Source: the human T2T-CHM13v2.0 reference genome, Homo sapiens
Direction: 5' to 3' (one strand)
Assembly (NCBI RefSeq): GCF_009914755.1
Contig: NC_060944.1
DNA length: 64,000 nt
Under the pieces are notes generated by a model, which was not told the origin of the DNA, made no database searches, and was given only the letters and a program-made list of their open reading frames with translations. Below, piece by piece: positions 25,750-39,788 of this stretch (position 1 is its first letter; the number at the start of each line of letters is the position of its first letter). A program made the translations under genes and the position numbers.

Positions 25750-26446
25750 CTATTGATGAATTTGGAAGATAGAAGTAGCCCCCGTCTCCATTCCTAGGTG
25801 ACATATGGCTCAGGGAAAACAACCCGTGTTGCTTCAGTGGATATTTCTCCCTGGGTCAAACGGGCTCTGGCTGGAGTCTCAGTGAACAAACCCACAAAGA
25901 GTGTTGGGCCCAGCTGACCCGTAATTGCCCCATTTTATAGAGATTGTTGCAGAAACTGCTCCCTGCAGCTGGTGAAAGCTTGGAGGAAAGAGCAGCGTGA
26001 GGAGAATCACCCGACCGAGAGGGAAGTCGGTCAAGAGGCCGGGGTTCAAGTTCCCACTCTGCCCCTGACCAGCTGTGTGGCCATGGGCAGGATTTTGCCT
26101 CAGTTTCCTCCTCTGCAAAATGGGGGAAAGAATCCCTCCCTCACAGGCCTGAGTAAGACTCAATCTAAATGACCAAGTTTGGGTGCCTTATACGTGGTGA
26201 GCATGCAATAACTGGGGCCCTGAGATTTGGCATGGAAATATCAAGTATCCCAGCACCTGGCTATTTCGGGACCTCAAGGAGAGACGGGAGGCATGGGGAC
26301 AGTCAGTTCTGCAGAACAAAGGCTGTGTTTCCACAGGCGTTAGCCCTGCCCCAGATGAAAGGATGGGTTTGGCCTTTTCTACCAGGTATTTTTTCCTTTA
26401 AAACCCTCAGCCTGGGAGCTCCCTAGAAGACAGGGAGCCACCTAAG

Positions 26447-26740
26447 TATTTTATTTTTTTGAGACAGGGTCCCACTCTGTCACCCAGATCGTGTAGTGGT
26501 GTGATCTTTGCTCACTGCAGCCTCCATCCCTCGGGCTCAAGCGATCCTCCTGCCTCAGCTTCCCTGAGTAGCTGGGACTACAGGAGTGCGCCACCATGCC
26601 CAGTTAATATTTCTAATTTTTGTAGAGATGGAGGTCTCACTATGTTGCCCAGGCTGGTCTCAAACTCCTGAGCTCTAGTGATCTGCACGCCTCGACCTCC
26701 CAAAGTGCTGGGATTATAGTCATGAACCACTGTGCCCAGC
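26447..26740 (-). mobile_element. AluJ
   Basis: Full dimer in antisense. Confidence 0.92.
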
Positions 26741-29700
26741 CCACGAGAGATTTTTAAACTCTTCTTGACCACAGTGTCCAGCATGGTGCCTGGCTCACCA
26801 CCAGCCCCCAAAAGTGTTTGATTTGAGAAATCATCAATTCTATCAGCAGCAGCACCAGCTCCATTCTGAACATTGTTATTCCCTCTTCCTGCAGGCCTGG
26901 ACTTAGTTCATTACACAGAGTGGGTATGTCACGCAGCTCTGGGTTTAAATTTTGGCCTCCTCACTGTGTAGCCATGTCCACTACACAGCAAGTCACTTAA
27001 CCTCTGTGCCTCAGTTTCCTCATTTGTAAAATGGGGGCAGTATTGGTACCCACTCCCCAGAGTGTCATGAGGACTGAGTGAGCTAATTCATGGAGAGTTT
27101 GTACAGCAGCAGCCAAACAGTCAGCCCTCAATGGATGCTGGCTGTGAGAAGAATCCCATTAGATTATTCCTGGATCCCAGCACAGGGCTTAGCACAGAAT
27201 TCCAGGCCTGTCCCGCACCCAGCCAGCTGCCCCCACTTCCTCTCCCACATTCCACAGAACTATGGCCACCTGAGTGACGCATGGCGTTGAGCAACCCCAG
27301 GATGTGGCCAGCCGGGGTCAGGACTGGCTTCTAGGAAGTTGGCAGACAGAGGCCAGAACCCAGGCTTGGCCCAGAGACCTGGATTCCAGTCCCAGTGACC
27401 AGGCACCCTTGCCCCTCTCTGGGTTTCAGTTTTCCCATTTGTTCAAAGGGACTGGGAAACTGTGCCCTGTCTTACCTCACCGGGGCTGTAAAGGTTTCAA
27501 AACTCCCCTGAGTCCCAGAGAGGGTGATCATGGCCTCAAGATCCCCAGACACTGCAATCAGGGCCCTTTGTCATCTATTCAGGGGAAGTGTTGTGCAATG
27601 CTTAGAGCAGGAGGGCTGTGAGGTCACTCTTGGCTGTGTGACTCTGGATAAGTTACTAGGCCTCTCTGAGCTTCAGTTTCCTCCTCTATAAAATTGGTAT
27701 CGTAAGAGTCCCTGCCACTGGGGATTAGAGATCATGTTTCTACAGTGCTTACAGGTCACATAGTAAGTACTCAGTAAATGTCACCTAAGCTTTATGATGA
27801 TGTCATCAAGAGTCAGGACCCTCTCCAGAAAAGGGAGAGTCCCCGTGTGTGGGTGAAGCAGGTTGCAGTCAATGTAGCATATTTATTTGGTGGGTGTTGC
27901 TCAGAAAGACTCTCTGTCTCACAAATAAATCTTGTTCTCACAGCCACTGATGCCTAGAATCCCAGCGTTAGAGAGATTCAGTCCCTTCCACAAGGATTCT
28001 CAAGCCTCAAGGTGGAGACAAAGGTGAATATTTAGAAACTTTGGAATAACCCACTACCAGCCAGATATTCCATTTAAACCTCACAGTATGATTCTTATCA
28101 TTTGTTAAATGAGGAACCCTGGGTTCAGAGAGGGGAAGTGCCTCACCCAAGGCCACACAGTCAGGAAGTGGGAAAGCAGGGCCTGTGCTGGCTCCGCCAA
28201 GGTTCAGAGGTCAGTCCTGTCTCCCCGTGCCCTGCAGGGCAGTCCTCAGGGGCCTGGGCCATGTCCAGTTCTACAGCTTTTAGCAAGTGAGGCCTCCGAG
28301 GACTGCAGCTTGTGCTCCTAACACATGGCATGTGGTATACACTGGATGCTTAATAAATGTTTATGACCTGAGGGAGGAATGAGTTACCCACAGCTGGAGA
28401 AAGAATAGAAGGAAGGAAGGAAACACAGAAACAAGATTAAAGTTCAGCAAGGTTGGAGAAACTGCCTAAGGTCACACAGCATGACCAGGCTCTCGGGCCC
28501 TGGCTCAGCTCAGCCACTCCTCAAGGACAAGGTGCCTCCAGGCCAGAGACAGACGTAGACAGCTGATGTGAGAGGGAGGGAGGGCGGGGTGGGCAGGAGT
28601 GTGCCAGGGCATCTGGAGGCTTTTCTACCAACTACTGACTAACCGGGATGAGCAGTGTCTGGTGTGAGGGAGCATAGGGAGGGTGGGGCAGGCTCTCCTG
28701 AGGTGGGATGGGGTGGGGCAGGGGTGTTAGGTTGCGGACTTAAGGAAAATGTCAGGAGGCAGGTGTGACCTTTCAAGCCCTTTGAGAGAATGGCCTGTCT
28801 GGGGCAGGATCTGGGTCTCCCAGGCTGTGGAGGACAGAGAACAGGGCATCTGTGGAGGGAGGGAGGATTCTTCCAGCGTGTCCACTTTGCAGATGGAGAA
28901 ACTGACCTGGTTGTCTTGTCCTCAGCTCTGACTCCACAATGTACCACCCTCCAGGTGTAGTGCATCCCCCTTCCACCGTCCCTGCAGCCGGCACGGGGTC
29001 CCAGCCCCTTGAGCTTGATGGGCCATGGGTAGGCACTTTTATTCACTTCTCTGAAGCATCAGTTTCTGTTTCTGTGAAAGTGAGAATCACATCCCAGACC
29101 TCATGAGGCACTGGAGGCCCTGCAGGGCTGACCCAGCTTACCCTTCAATCGCATCTTCCACATTCATCCCTTCCAGCCTCACCAGGCATGGTACTTGCCC
29201 TCAAATGAGCCCTGCAAACACCCACCTCTAGGGCTTTGCTCCAGCTGTGTCCTCTACCCAGGATGGCCTTCCCTCTTCACCTATCGAAGTTTAACCCAGG
29301 CTTTACCCATCCTCCGGAAACCCACCCAGAGACTTCCTTCTTGCTCTATTGGCCCCACACCCACAGGACATAGTCACAGCGTAACTTGTATAAGTTCTAG
29401 TGTTTGTGTATCTCTGTCTCCCTCCACCCACCTGGCTCTCAGTAGCTGCTCAATAAAGGCTTGTTGAATGAATTAATGACCGTACCAGGGGTTCTAAGGA
29501 GGAGAGAGAGACAACTTGTTCAAGCCCAAGCCAGGTTCTTGGGGTTGGCCCGGGAGCTCTGATAGGACTTGTGGTGCCAGTTGCCCCTGGTAGGACCAGG
29601 AATCGGGGTGAGGCGCTAGGGCCTCTCGCAGCCTTTGCTGTCTGCACCAGAGATGAAAGATCTGGGTCTGACTTACCCTCCAATCATATCTTCTACAATC

Positions 29701-29883
29701 CCAGGACAACCACTGGGAGAAAAACAAAGGACAGACCTGGGGATGTGTGGGTAGCAGAGTAGGAATACCCACCGCTGGGCCTCAGAGGGGGCAACAGCCT
29801 TTCCCCAGGCCACACAGCAAGTCAGGGCAGAGTCAGGGTGGGGTTCCAAACACTATAGAAGTAAGCAGTGGCCCTGTACCAGC

Positions 29884-30066
29884 CAGGACGTTGCATGAGG
29901 TATGATTCCACAAGACTGTTCAATTTCTATGGGAACAGATAAGTAAATATACATACAGTACATACATATAAACATACAGAAGAAGGTTTGGAAAACTCCA
30001 GTCCAAATTGCTGGCAGTGGTGGGAGGAGATATGGGGGTCTATGACTGGGGGACTGGCAGTGGTAA
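29884..30066 (+). repeat. Paired duplication C, copy 1 (~170-180 bp; partner ~31746..31914, roughly 85-90% identical with one indel)
   Basis: Shared blocks AGACTGTTCAATTTCTATGGGAACAGAT and AAACATACAGAAGAAGGTTTGGAAAA. Confidence 0.88.
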
Positions 30067-31024
30067 GTTTTGAAATTTGAGAAAGCTGTTTTTATGTAAC
30101 TTGGAATTGGGTGTTGCATTTAACAAGGAGTGGGAAGGAAGATGAGGCTCAGATGCTGGAACCGGCAGTGAGTCCCTGTGGCAGGGGCCACAGCTCCAGG
30201 CTCCAACTTGCCCTCCTCTTATTGGCTGTGGCCTCCTCTTCTACAAAAAGGACTCAACACGACACGCCATCCTGCTGGGCTCAAAGGATGAGATCAGAAG
30301 AAACGGGAGATAAGGAAAATAAGTCAATTCTATTATTGTTATTATGATGTGGCTCCAGTTCCTAGCAATCCAGACACCCGAGGGAACGGGGAGTTTTAGG
30401 ATTTTTTTGGAGAACAGAGTTCTGGCCATCTCTGGCAGCAAGATTTGCTTTTCTCATAGGACTCAAACTGACAATCCGATTATCCCTTCCCTAGCACACG
30501 ACCCTAACAAAGATGGTCATCTGATATGACAACTCCAAAAGATGAGGAGACATTAGGGCTCAGGAAACACTAGAGGTGGGAGGTGCTGAGAGGGTCAGAA
30601 AAACCACACAAGCAGGACCGGAGCTCTGACATTGACAACAGATGGCGTCATTTGGTGTTGGGATAAACAGTCCTGCTCATTCTGTGCAGATAGAGCAGGG
30701 CAATTGTCAATGATTGCCGTGGTGACCCAGAGCCATCCTATGAGTAGAGAGACTTTGTGACTTGCACATTAAGCCCACAAGACACTTTTCACTCCCTTCT
30801 GGGTTCTTCTAGCAGTAGCAAGGTTCAACTACAAGGACACGGGCCTGGGTTCAAATCCAGCTCTGCCATCGACTGTCCTGTGTGATCTTGAATGAATCAC
30901 AGCACATCTCCAAGCCTCAGTTGTCCCCTCTGTGAAATGGGGGTGATAAAAACAGTGCCTACATTACAGGATTTTTGTGAAGGTTATCACCATTCTTGGC
31001 AGACAGTAAGCATTCAAATAAAGG

Positions 31025-31450
31025 TGGTTGATTACTCAGCAATAAAAAGGAAAGATGGATTGACACATGCTACAACAAGGATGAACTTCCAAACCATCAT
31101 GCTAAGTGAACACAGCCAGTCACGAAAGACCACATATCGTCTGATTCCATTTATACAAAACACCCACAATAGGCAAATGCATAGATATGGAGGGTACATC
31201 AGGGGTTGTCAGGAGCCAAGGGAAGGGAGAAAGGAAGAGGGAGGAATGAGGAGTAATTGCTAATGGGTACAGGGTTTCTTTTCGGGAGTAAAGAAAACAT
31301 TCTAAAATTGGATGGTGGTGATGTTTGCACAAATCCGCAAATAGACTAAAAGCCATTGAATTGTACACTTAAATGCATGATTTTTATGGTATGTGAAATA
31401 TATCTCAAAACGTGGTTTTCAAAAATGTTTGAAAGATTTAAAATAAAAAA
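31025..31450 (+). mobile_element. L1MB 3' end
   Basis: ACTCAGCAATAAAAAGGAA..ACATGCTACAAC..ATGCTAAGTGAA..CATTGAATTGTACACTT. Confidence 0.85.
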
Positions 31451-31514
31451 GCCAGGAATAAAGCTCTGAAAGTCTTTGCAAATATTGTCTCATTCTCAAA
31501 TAAAAAAAAAATCT

Positions 31515-31960
31515 AAGAGAAACTGCACATGTATGTGCCCAAGGAGATGTCTCTAGGAGGGGTCTTTACAGCATTGTCTGTTATGGCAAAAACCCATCAC
31601 AACCTAAGTGCCCAGTAGAGGGGGTTGGATAAAGCAGCCATGCCTGGAAATATTACTCAGCAGTTGAAAGAAAGAAGAGACAGTCTCCTGTGTGTGGACA
31701 CGAAAAGAATTCCAAGTCATAATGTAGAGCGAAGAAAGCACACTGCAGGACATTGCATGAAGTACGATTCCACCAGACTGTTCAATTTCTATGGGAACAG
31801 ATACAGTACATAAATGTAAACATACAGAAGAAGGTTTGGAAAAATCCACTCCAAATTGCTGGCAGGGTGGGAGGGGATATGGGGGGCCATAACCAGGGGA
31901 CAGACGGTAGTAATGAAAGGTGATTTCAGTATTCCCTGGAAGGTGAGAAAAGTCTTCTGT
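31515..31960 (+). mobile_element. L1ME-like fragment (contains duplication C copy 2, ~31746..31914)
   Basis: CAGCATTGTCTGTTATGGCAAAA..AACCTAAGTGCCCA. Confidence 0.6.
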
Positions 31961-33060
31961 GAAGAAATAATGTTATCTATCACTTAGGTAATTAAAGATT
32001 AATTTTACAAAAAAAAGAATAACCTGTTTTACATTTAGAATTAAGCTTTTATTAAAAAAGGAGATACTCCAAAATAAATAAATTCTGGCAAAGTAGATAG
32101 AAAAAAGTAAAGTCGAAGATAAAGGAGAAAGTGAATGTGCCCCCCACAAAGCCCACAATCAACCCCTAAAATACTTTTGTTAATATTGGCACAGTCTTGC
32201 AGAACCAAACCCAAAAACAAGCACATGAATAAATAAGAAATTCAAGATGAGAATTGAATCACATCTAAGAAACGTAATTTTGAAGGCTACACCAAGTTTC
32301 TGTTTACTTCACAAACTGTTTATGTCTCAAAGTGCTCCTGCAGCACCACCCTGGAAAGTGCTTGAAAATCTTCTATTTTGTGATTTTGTGTCAATGAAGG
32401 TTCAGAGAGGTGCAGTGTATTGCCCAAGGTCACACAGCTCAGAAAGAGTGAAGCAGGGGTGCCGAGAAGTGCTTGCTGGAATATCATGCAAGGGGAATTA
32501 AGCCTGCGTCGTGGGTGCCTGGCCAAGCTCCCATGGCCATGTGGGGCTGCTGGAGACACGGAGGGATGAAGCACCAGCATACTACAGCATTCCCCTACAT
32601 CCCTCCCACAAGGCTGAGTCATTGGCTGTGTCTGCCTGGCACACCCAGTTCAGTCAATAAGAGTCAAACACACTTTCATTCATGGAAATAAATGACCCTT
32701 TGGGGGCAGTGGCGGAGCTCGTTTGACTAAATTGAACACAAGTTTGGCTAAACTGACCACTTGTTTCTCCCGCCTGTCTGATGAGCTGCTTGAGTGACGT
32801 CTGGCTGAACTGAGTGCTTGTAGGTCTGAAGGAACATTCAGCTTGACCCAGTTAGTTTAAATCCCTGTCTTCGCACCTGCAGAGGGGCTGCTGTCACCTC
32901 GTGCCAGCATCACAGGAGACGGGAGGTTTGGCCTCAGTCCTGGAAGGGCAGGGCTCAGTCTCCAGAATAATAAACCCCACACACATGTACAGGCATCTCT
33001 AGTTGGTGGTGTCCTCTTTGTAGGCACAGCGAGTCCTTTGTTTTGCTTCTGGCTGACTGC

Positions 33061-33147
33061 TCTTTTCTATAGGTTTGTTGATACTGTCAAACTGTCAATC
33101 AAGTGGCCCCACCCAACTCTAGTTAAGGACAGGTCTGGGACCCAAAC
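33061..33147 (+). repeat. Inverted paired duplication D, arm 1 (87 bp; 84/87 identical to the reverse complement of 33969..34055)
   Basis: Manual reverse-complement alignment. Confidence 0.93.
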
Positions 33148-33289
33148 TCAGCCTATCAGAAGCTCTTCTGGGACTTTGACTCTTACAACTCTGACACAAG
33201 TTCTAAATAATGGTTGAAGTTTGCTGGTTCATGTCTAGAACTACGTCAGCTCTCGTCTTTTCTAAAGTTGGGCTTTTTAGCTGTTTATT

Positions 33290-33880
33290 TGATTTTTTAA
33301 AAGTCATATTTATGGAGTTAAAATTTACATACAATACAATTCACCCGTGTTGTATTACATACAATACAATTCACCCATGTTGTATTACATACAGTGCAAT
33401 TCTCCCATATCATGCAATACAGTTCTGTGACTCGACAAACATATATAGTCGTGTTACTACACCACAATCATGATATAGAACATTTCCATCACCCCCCAAA
33501 TTCCCCTCATGCCCTTTTGCAGGCAATTCTCTCCCCCTACCCTCCGCCCCTGGCAACTACTGATCTGGTTACTGCGCCGATGGTTTTGTCTTTCCAGAAT
33601 GTCATAGGCATGAAATCACGCAGTATACAGCCTTTTGTGTCTGGCTTCCTTCGCTTACCGTAATGTATTTGATTCATCCCTGTTGTTGCAGGTATCAGCG
33701 GTTCATTCCTTTTTATTACTGAGTACTATTCTGTCGCATGAATATACCACAATTTATTTGTACATTAACCAGTTGAAGGACCCTGGGGTTGTTCTAGGTG
33801 ATTATGAATGGAGCTGCCATGCACATAGAGGTACCGCTCATTGTGTGGACAGATGTCTTCACTTCTCTTGGGCAAATACC
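33290..33880 (-). mobile_element. L1MB/MC 3' end in antisense, lying between the inverted duplication arms
   Basis: CACAATCATGATATAGAACATTTCCATCACCCCC ... TTTCTCTTGGGCAAATACCT. Confidence 0.8.
33325..33408. repeat. 30-bp tandem repeat x2.8 (TTACATACAATACAATTCACCCRTGTTGTA) at an L1M 3' end
   Basis: Direct reading. Confidence 0.9.
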
Positions 33881-33968
33881 TGTGAGCCATCCCCATATCC
33901 TTCCAGCTAATTTTTTGGTTGTGGTTAAGCTGCACTGAGCCTCTTTTCATTCATGCAACCCAAACCAG

Positions 33969-34055
33969 GTTTGGGTCCCAGACCTGCCCTTAACTAGAGT
34001 TGGGTGGGACCACTTGATTGACAGTTTGACAGTATCAACAAACCTATGGAAAAGA
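33969..34055 (-). repeat. Inverted paired duplication D, arm 2
   Basis: Manual reverse-complement alignment. Confidence 0.93.
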
Positions 34056-35368
34056 ATGGGACAGTGACATCTCCCTCGTCTAATTCTCCCAGTGACTCTA
34101 TGGGGTTTATGGATTATTGACCTCATTTTACCAAGGAAACGGAGGCTTGGAGAGCCTAAATAACCTGCCCCAGACCACACATCAGGTACTCAAATCTAAA
34201 TCAAAGTCACAAAGGAAGCCACAGCCACCTTTCTAATTTCCTAGTCACCTTGGTGGGAGGGGAACTTTCACAAGGAAGGTTCTAACAAGTTTTTATTGAC
34301 TGACGGGTGATCGAATAAATGCCTCACTCAAAGGAGTTTATTCTCTGGGCCTCAGTTTCCCATTTGTGAAATGACATGTTTGGACCAAGTAAAGAATTTC
34401 TGATGCCCCTAGCGTCCGTGATGCTCACATGCGGTGGCTGTGAAAGTGGAGTCATCAGGGCCTTCTTTTCGGATGAAGAATTCCAGCAAAAAGGAGCTGG
34501 TGGGGGAGGGGGAGGGGGAGCCCAGCACTTACTCCCCAATCAGTTCCCACAGGCGGCCTCCTGAGCTTGTGCCCAGGGCTGGTTGACCCCTAGAAGAGCA
34601 ATTTGCACTTCCTGCCTTTCTGGCCTAAAAAACGAAAAGAAAAGAAAAAGCCCCTGTCACCTTGGATTAACATCACCCCCTCTGCTGAGAATCTTCTAAG
34701 GGGTGCAGCCCCCTCTCTTCACCAATATTTTCAGAATGTCCAGTTTTCTAAACAAGACTTGACAGGGTGGTTTCTTTTTTAAGCTTTTTAAAATAAAATA
34801 AATCACCCTGTGCATGCACGATCCTGGAACCTCCAATTAGATTAACCCTATGGTTTCCTAAGCGGCAGCCAGCTGTGGGCACAGAGAGGTAGGAGGAAGG
34901 AAGCGACGGGGGCCTCACCTATGAGCCGGACTCACCTGCTTCCCAGGTCACCTCCCTTCCCACGGCTCACAGGACAGTACCCAGGCCCATCAGGAAGCTC
35001 AGAGGCAGAATGACTGAGGGTTTCAAGGCCCGACAGCTCCTAGCTGTACAACCTACTGCAAATTTCTTCATGTCTCTGACCTCAGTTTCCACACCCTGAT
35101 AATGGGGGTAACGAGAGGACCAAGCTCACAGAGTAGTTAAGAATAAATGAGTTATTGCAGGGTTTAGTGTTTGGCGCAGGGAAAAGCTGCAGATGTTGAC
35201 TGTTTTTAGTACTCTTATAATTACTTCTATGGGCTTTGAGGACCTCGATTCCAACTGCCCCCCTGCAAGTCAGCTCTGAGGGTAGGTGAGAGAGCATGGT
35301 CATTGTTCACCTCCTGTGTGCCAGGCTCTGTGTGAAGAAGCTTTATGCATGTGATTGCCCTCCACCTC

Positions 35369-35689
<321 letters not shown>

Positions 35690-35835
35690 TGTGATTGCCT
35701 TTTGATTGTTTGTTTGTTCTCAGCCGCATCTGGCCACACAAGGACCGTAAGTTAATCCTTCTCTCAGGTAGTTCTATGTCTAGATGATGAATGGCTCCAT
35801 CACCCAACTTCCAGATGTAAAGAGTAGGGGTCAGA

Positions 35836-36169
<334 letters not shown>

Positions 36170-36559
36170 TCACTGGGGGAACTTCTTGAGCTGGGGTGGG
36201 CCCTGTGATCTGTCTGGGTGGATTCATACTGGATCTGATCCCTTCCCTGTGGGTCCTGGTCCCATGCTCTGGCACAGACTACAGATGGGGAAAGTGAGGC
36301 ACTTGCCCAGGACCAGATCTGCCCAGGTGCCAAGCCCGCACTTTTTGCAAAATACCAGCATTAGCTAGGGAGGGAGTAAGGATGAGAAGGGCAGCAGGAG
36401 GAGGTGGGTGGTATTGTTGTCCAGGTGGGAGAGGACGGAGGCTGGGCTGGGAGGTGGGAGGACCCTGCTCACACCCCCTTTGTGCACACTGTTTCTTGTG
36501 CTTTTTTATCCTTCACAGCTTAACCCCAGGATCACGTCTCGACGACAGCCGCCTCATCA

Positions 36560-37330
36560 ACGGCCGCTTGGCCATCATTTGCCAAGGGCTTACTGAGTGC
36601 AGGGGCCCTGAAATGTACATGCATCGTCTTCAGTCTACTCACCAGCCCTGACTTTAAATGCCATCTATGTGCTGAAGGCTCCCACATTTGCATCTTCAGT
36701 CCTGTCCTCACTCTTAAATCCCAGGTCCAGGTTTCCAATCGCCTCCTCAAAATTCCTGCTGTGCCCCACCCGCTATTCACTCCCCCGCAGTATCCCCATC
36801 TCGGTGGAAGCAACACCACCATTCCCTATGCTCAGTCCCCAGGGTCAGCCTTGACTCCTCTCTCTCAGATCCCATCTCAATTTGTCAGGAAATCCTGGTT
36901 GCCCTGCCTTTAAAATGTCTCTAGAATCTGGCCACTTCTCACAACCTCTGCCTCTGCCACCATCATTCTGGTGCAAACCACCAGTTTCTTTCACCTGGAC
37001 TAGGGCTCCCTGTTTTTCCCCTTGCTCCCCACTTCCAATCTGTATTCCACACAACAGCCAAAGGAATCTCTTTAAAACTTAAGTCAGTTCCTGCCACTCC
37101 TCTGCTCAAGAGCCTGCAGTAACCCCCTGCTTCACTCTGATTAAAGCCAAAGTTCTCATCAGGTCCCCAAGACCTCCACCATCTGATCCCGTTGTTCTCG
37201 GACTTTCTCTCTGACCACTCCCTGCTCACTTGGCCCCGGCACGCTGGCCTCCCTGCCATTCCTTCAGCTTGCCAGGCATGTCCTCTGTTTAGAACTTTTG
37301 CACTGGTCGTTCCCTCGGCCTGGAGTGCTG
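36560..37330 (+). mobile_element. L2a fragment
   Basis: TTTAAATGCCATCTATGTGCTGA ... CTAGAATCTGGCCACTTCTCA ... ACAGCCAAAGGAATC. Confidence 0.8.
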
Positions 37331-37863
37331 TTCTTTGACTTGGTGGCCTGGGTATAGTGTGGCGCCTGAGAAGTCTGTGCTGCATCCACATGGCAGGCTC
37401 TGGAGAGTGTGGAGGGAACTTGGTGATGAAGGGACAGAGATTTGGCCCACACACATTAGATGCTGTGTGACCCTGGAGATTGCTTAACTGTGTCTCAATT
37501 TCCTCTTTAGCCAAATGGGCTCTAAGTGAGCTGATGATGTTACTGGGGTCCCTGACTCATTGTAGCTTGTGGGGAGAAAGTGGTCATGCCCTCAGAAACT
37601 GTCTGGTCAACCCTGCCATTGTAGAGCTGGGAACATTGAGGCCAGAGAGGAGTCCCATTGTCCAAAGACCCATAAACAGTTAGAGAGAGAGCTATGGGGT
37701 TTTTGAAAGATTAATTGACTTATTGAATAATTTCTTTATTGAACATTTATCGAGTTCCTACTGTAGGCTTAACTGTGAGTAAGACAGTTTCTGCTGGCAA
37801 GGAACTCTCAGCTTAGTGGACAAAACAGATGGCAAGGTGCTCACTATGCAAATAGTAATTCCT

Positions 37864-38197
37864 GGCCTGGTGTGATGGCTAACCCGGGTAATCCCAACAC
37901 TTTGGGAGGCCAAGTTGGGTAGATCACTTGAGCCCGAGAGTTCAAAACCAGCTTGGGCAACACAGTGAGACTTCGTCTTTACAAAAATAAAAATAAAATA
38001 TTAGCCAGGCATGGTGGCACATGCCTGTAAACCTAGCTACTTAAGGGAGGCTGAAGCAGGAGGATTGCTTGAGCCTAGGAAGCTGAGACTGCAGTGTGCC
38101 ATGATCATGCCATTGCATACCAGTCTGGGCAACAGAGTGAGACCCTGTCTCAAAACAATAACAACAACAACAACAACAAAAAAACAAGAACAACAAC
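37864..38197 (+). mobile_element. AluJ with (CAA)n tail
   Basis: Full dimer. Confidence 0.92.
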
Positions 38198-38386
38198 AAT
38201 TAATTTTCACAACCTGTGTTCAGGGTCGTAGCGGAAGAAGGCTTGGGACCTGAGAGACCCCCAGATAAAAAAGGGATTATCTCTGTGTGGCAGATCAGGA
38301 CAGCCTCCATGGAGAAGGTGACACAATGTGGGTTTTGCAGTATGAATATGAATTATGCAGATAAGGCAAAGAGGAGCATTTCACAC

Positions 38387-39192
38387 TGATAGATTTTGGA
38401 TGTTGTCTGCTCTAAGTCTCATGTCGAATTGTAATCCCCAGTGTTGAAGGTGGGGCCTGGTGGGAGGTGATTGGGTCATGAAAAGTGGATTTTTCTGCAG
38501 CCATAAAAAAGAGTGAGTTCATGTCCTTTGTAGGGATGTGGATGAAACTGGAAACCATCATCCTCAGCAAACTAACACAGGAACAGAAAACCAAACACCG
38601 CATGTTCTCACTCATAAGTGGGAGTTGAACGATGAGAACACATGGACACGGGGAGGGGAACATCACACCCTGGGGCCTGTTGAGGGGTGGGGAGAAAGGG
38701 GAGGAAGAGCATTAGGACAAATACCTAAGGCATGCGGGGCTCAAAACCTAGATGATGGGTTGATAGGTGCAGCAAACCACCATGACACACGTATACCTAT
38801 GTAACAAACCTGCACGTTCAGCACATGTATCCTGGAACTTCGAGTAAAATTGTTTAAAACAGTGGATTTCTCATGAGTGGTTTAGCCTCATAGCCCCGGC
38901 ACTGTCCTCATGATAGTGAGTGAGTTCTAACGGGATCCGGCTGTTTAAAGGTGTGCGGCATCTTCCCCCTCTCTCTCTTGCACCTGCTCCCACTATGTGA
39001 TATACCTGCTCCCACTTCACCTTCACCTTCTACCATGAGTAAAAGCTCCCTGAGGCCTCCCTAGAAGCCAAGTGGATGTCAGCACCACGCTTGTATGGCC
39101 TGCAGAACCCTGAGCCAATTAAACCTCTTTTCTTTATAAATTACCCAGCTTCAGACATTCCTTTACAGCAACGTAAGAACAGCCTAACAGAC
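38387..39192 (+). mobile_element. MSTA/MSTB MaLR LTR, interrupted by L1PA
   Basis: TCTCATGTCGAATTGTAATCCCCAGTGTTG ... GAGCCAATTAAACCTCTTTTCTTTATAAATTACCCAG. Confidence 0.88.
38495..38860 (+). mobile_element. L1PA 3' end inserted in an MST LTR
   Basis: GCAGCCATAAAAAA..GGAAACCATCATCCTCAGCAAACT. TSD ~AGTGGATTT. Confidence 0.9.
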
Positions 39193-39226
39193 ATGCAAAC
39201 AGACTTGTCTGTGCACACAGGGGTAA

Positions 39227-39788
<562 letters not shown>

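Noticed and set aside
30633-30650. CTCF-like TGACAACAGATGGCGTCA
   Set aside because: About three mismatches to the core; not callable without ChIP data.
33061-34055. Intact DNA transposon with 87-bp TIRs
   Set aside because: No TSD or recognisable TIR termini, the interior is L1-derived, and 97% identity is too high for the extinct primate DNA transposons.
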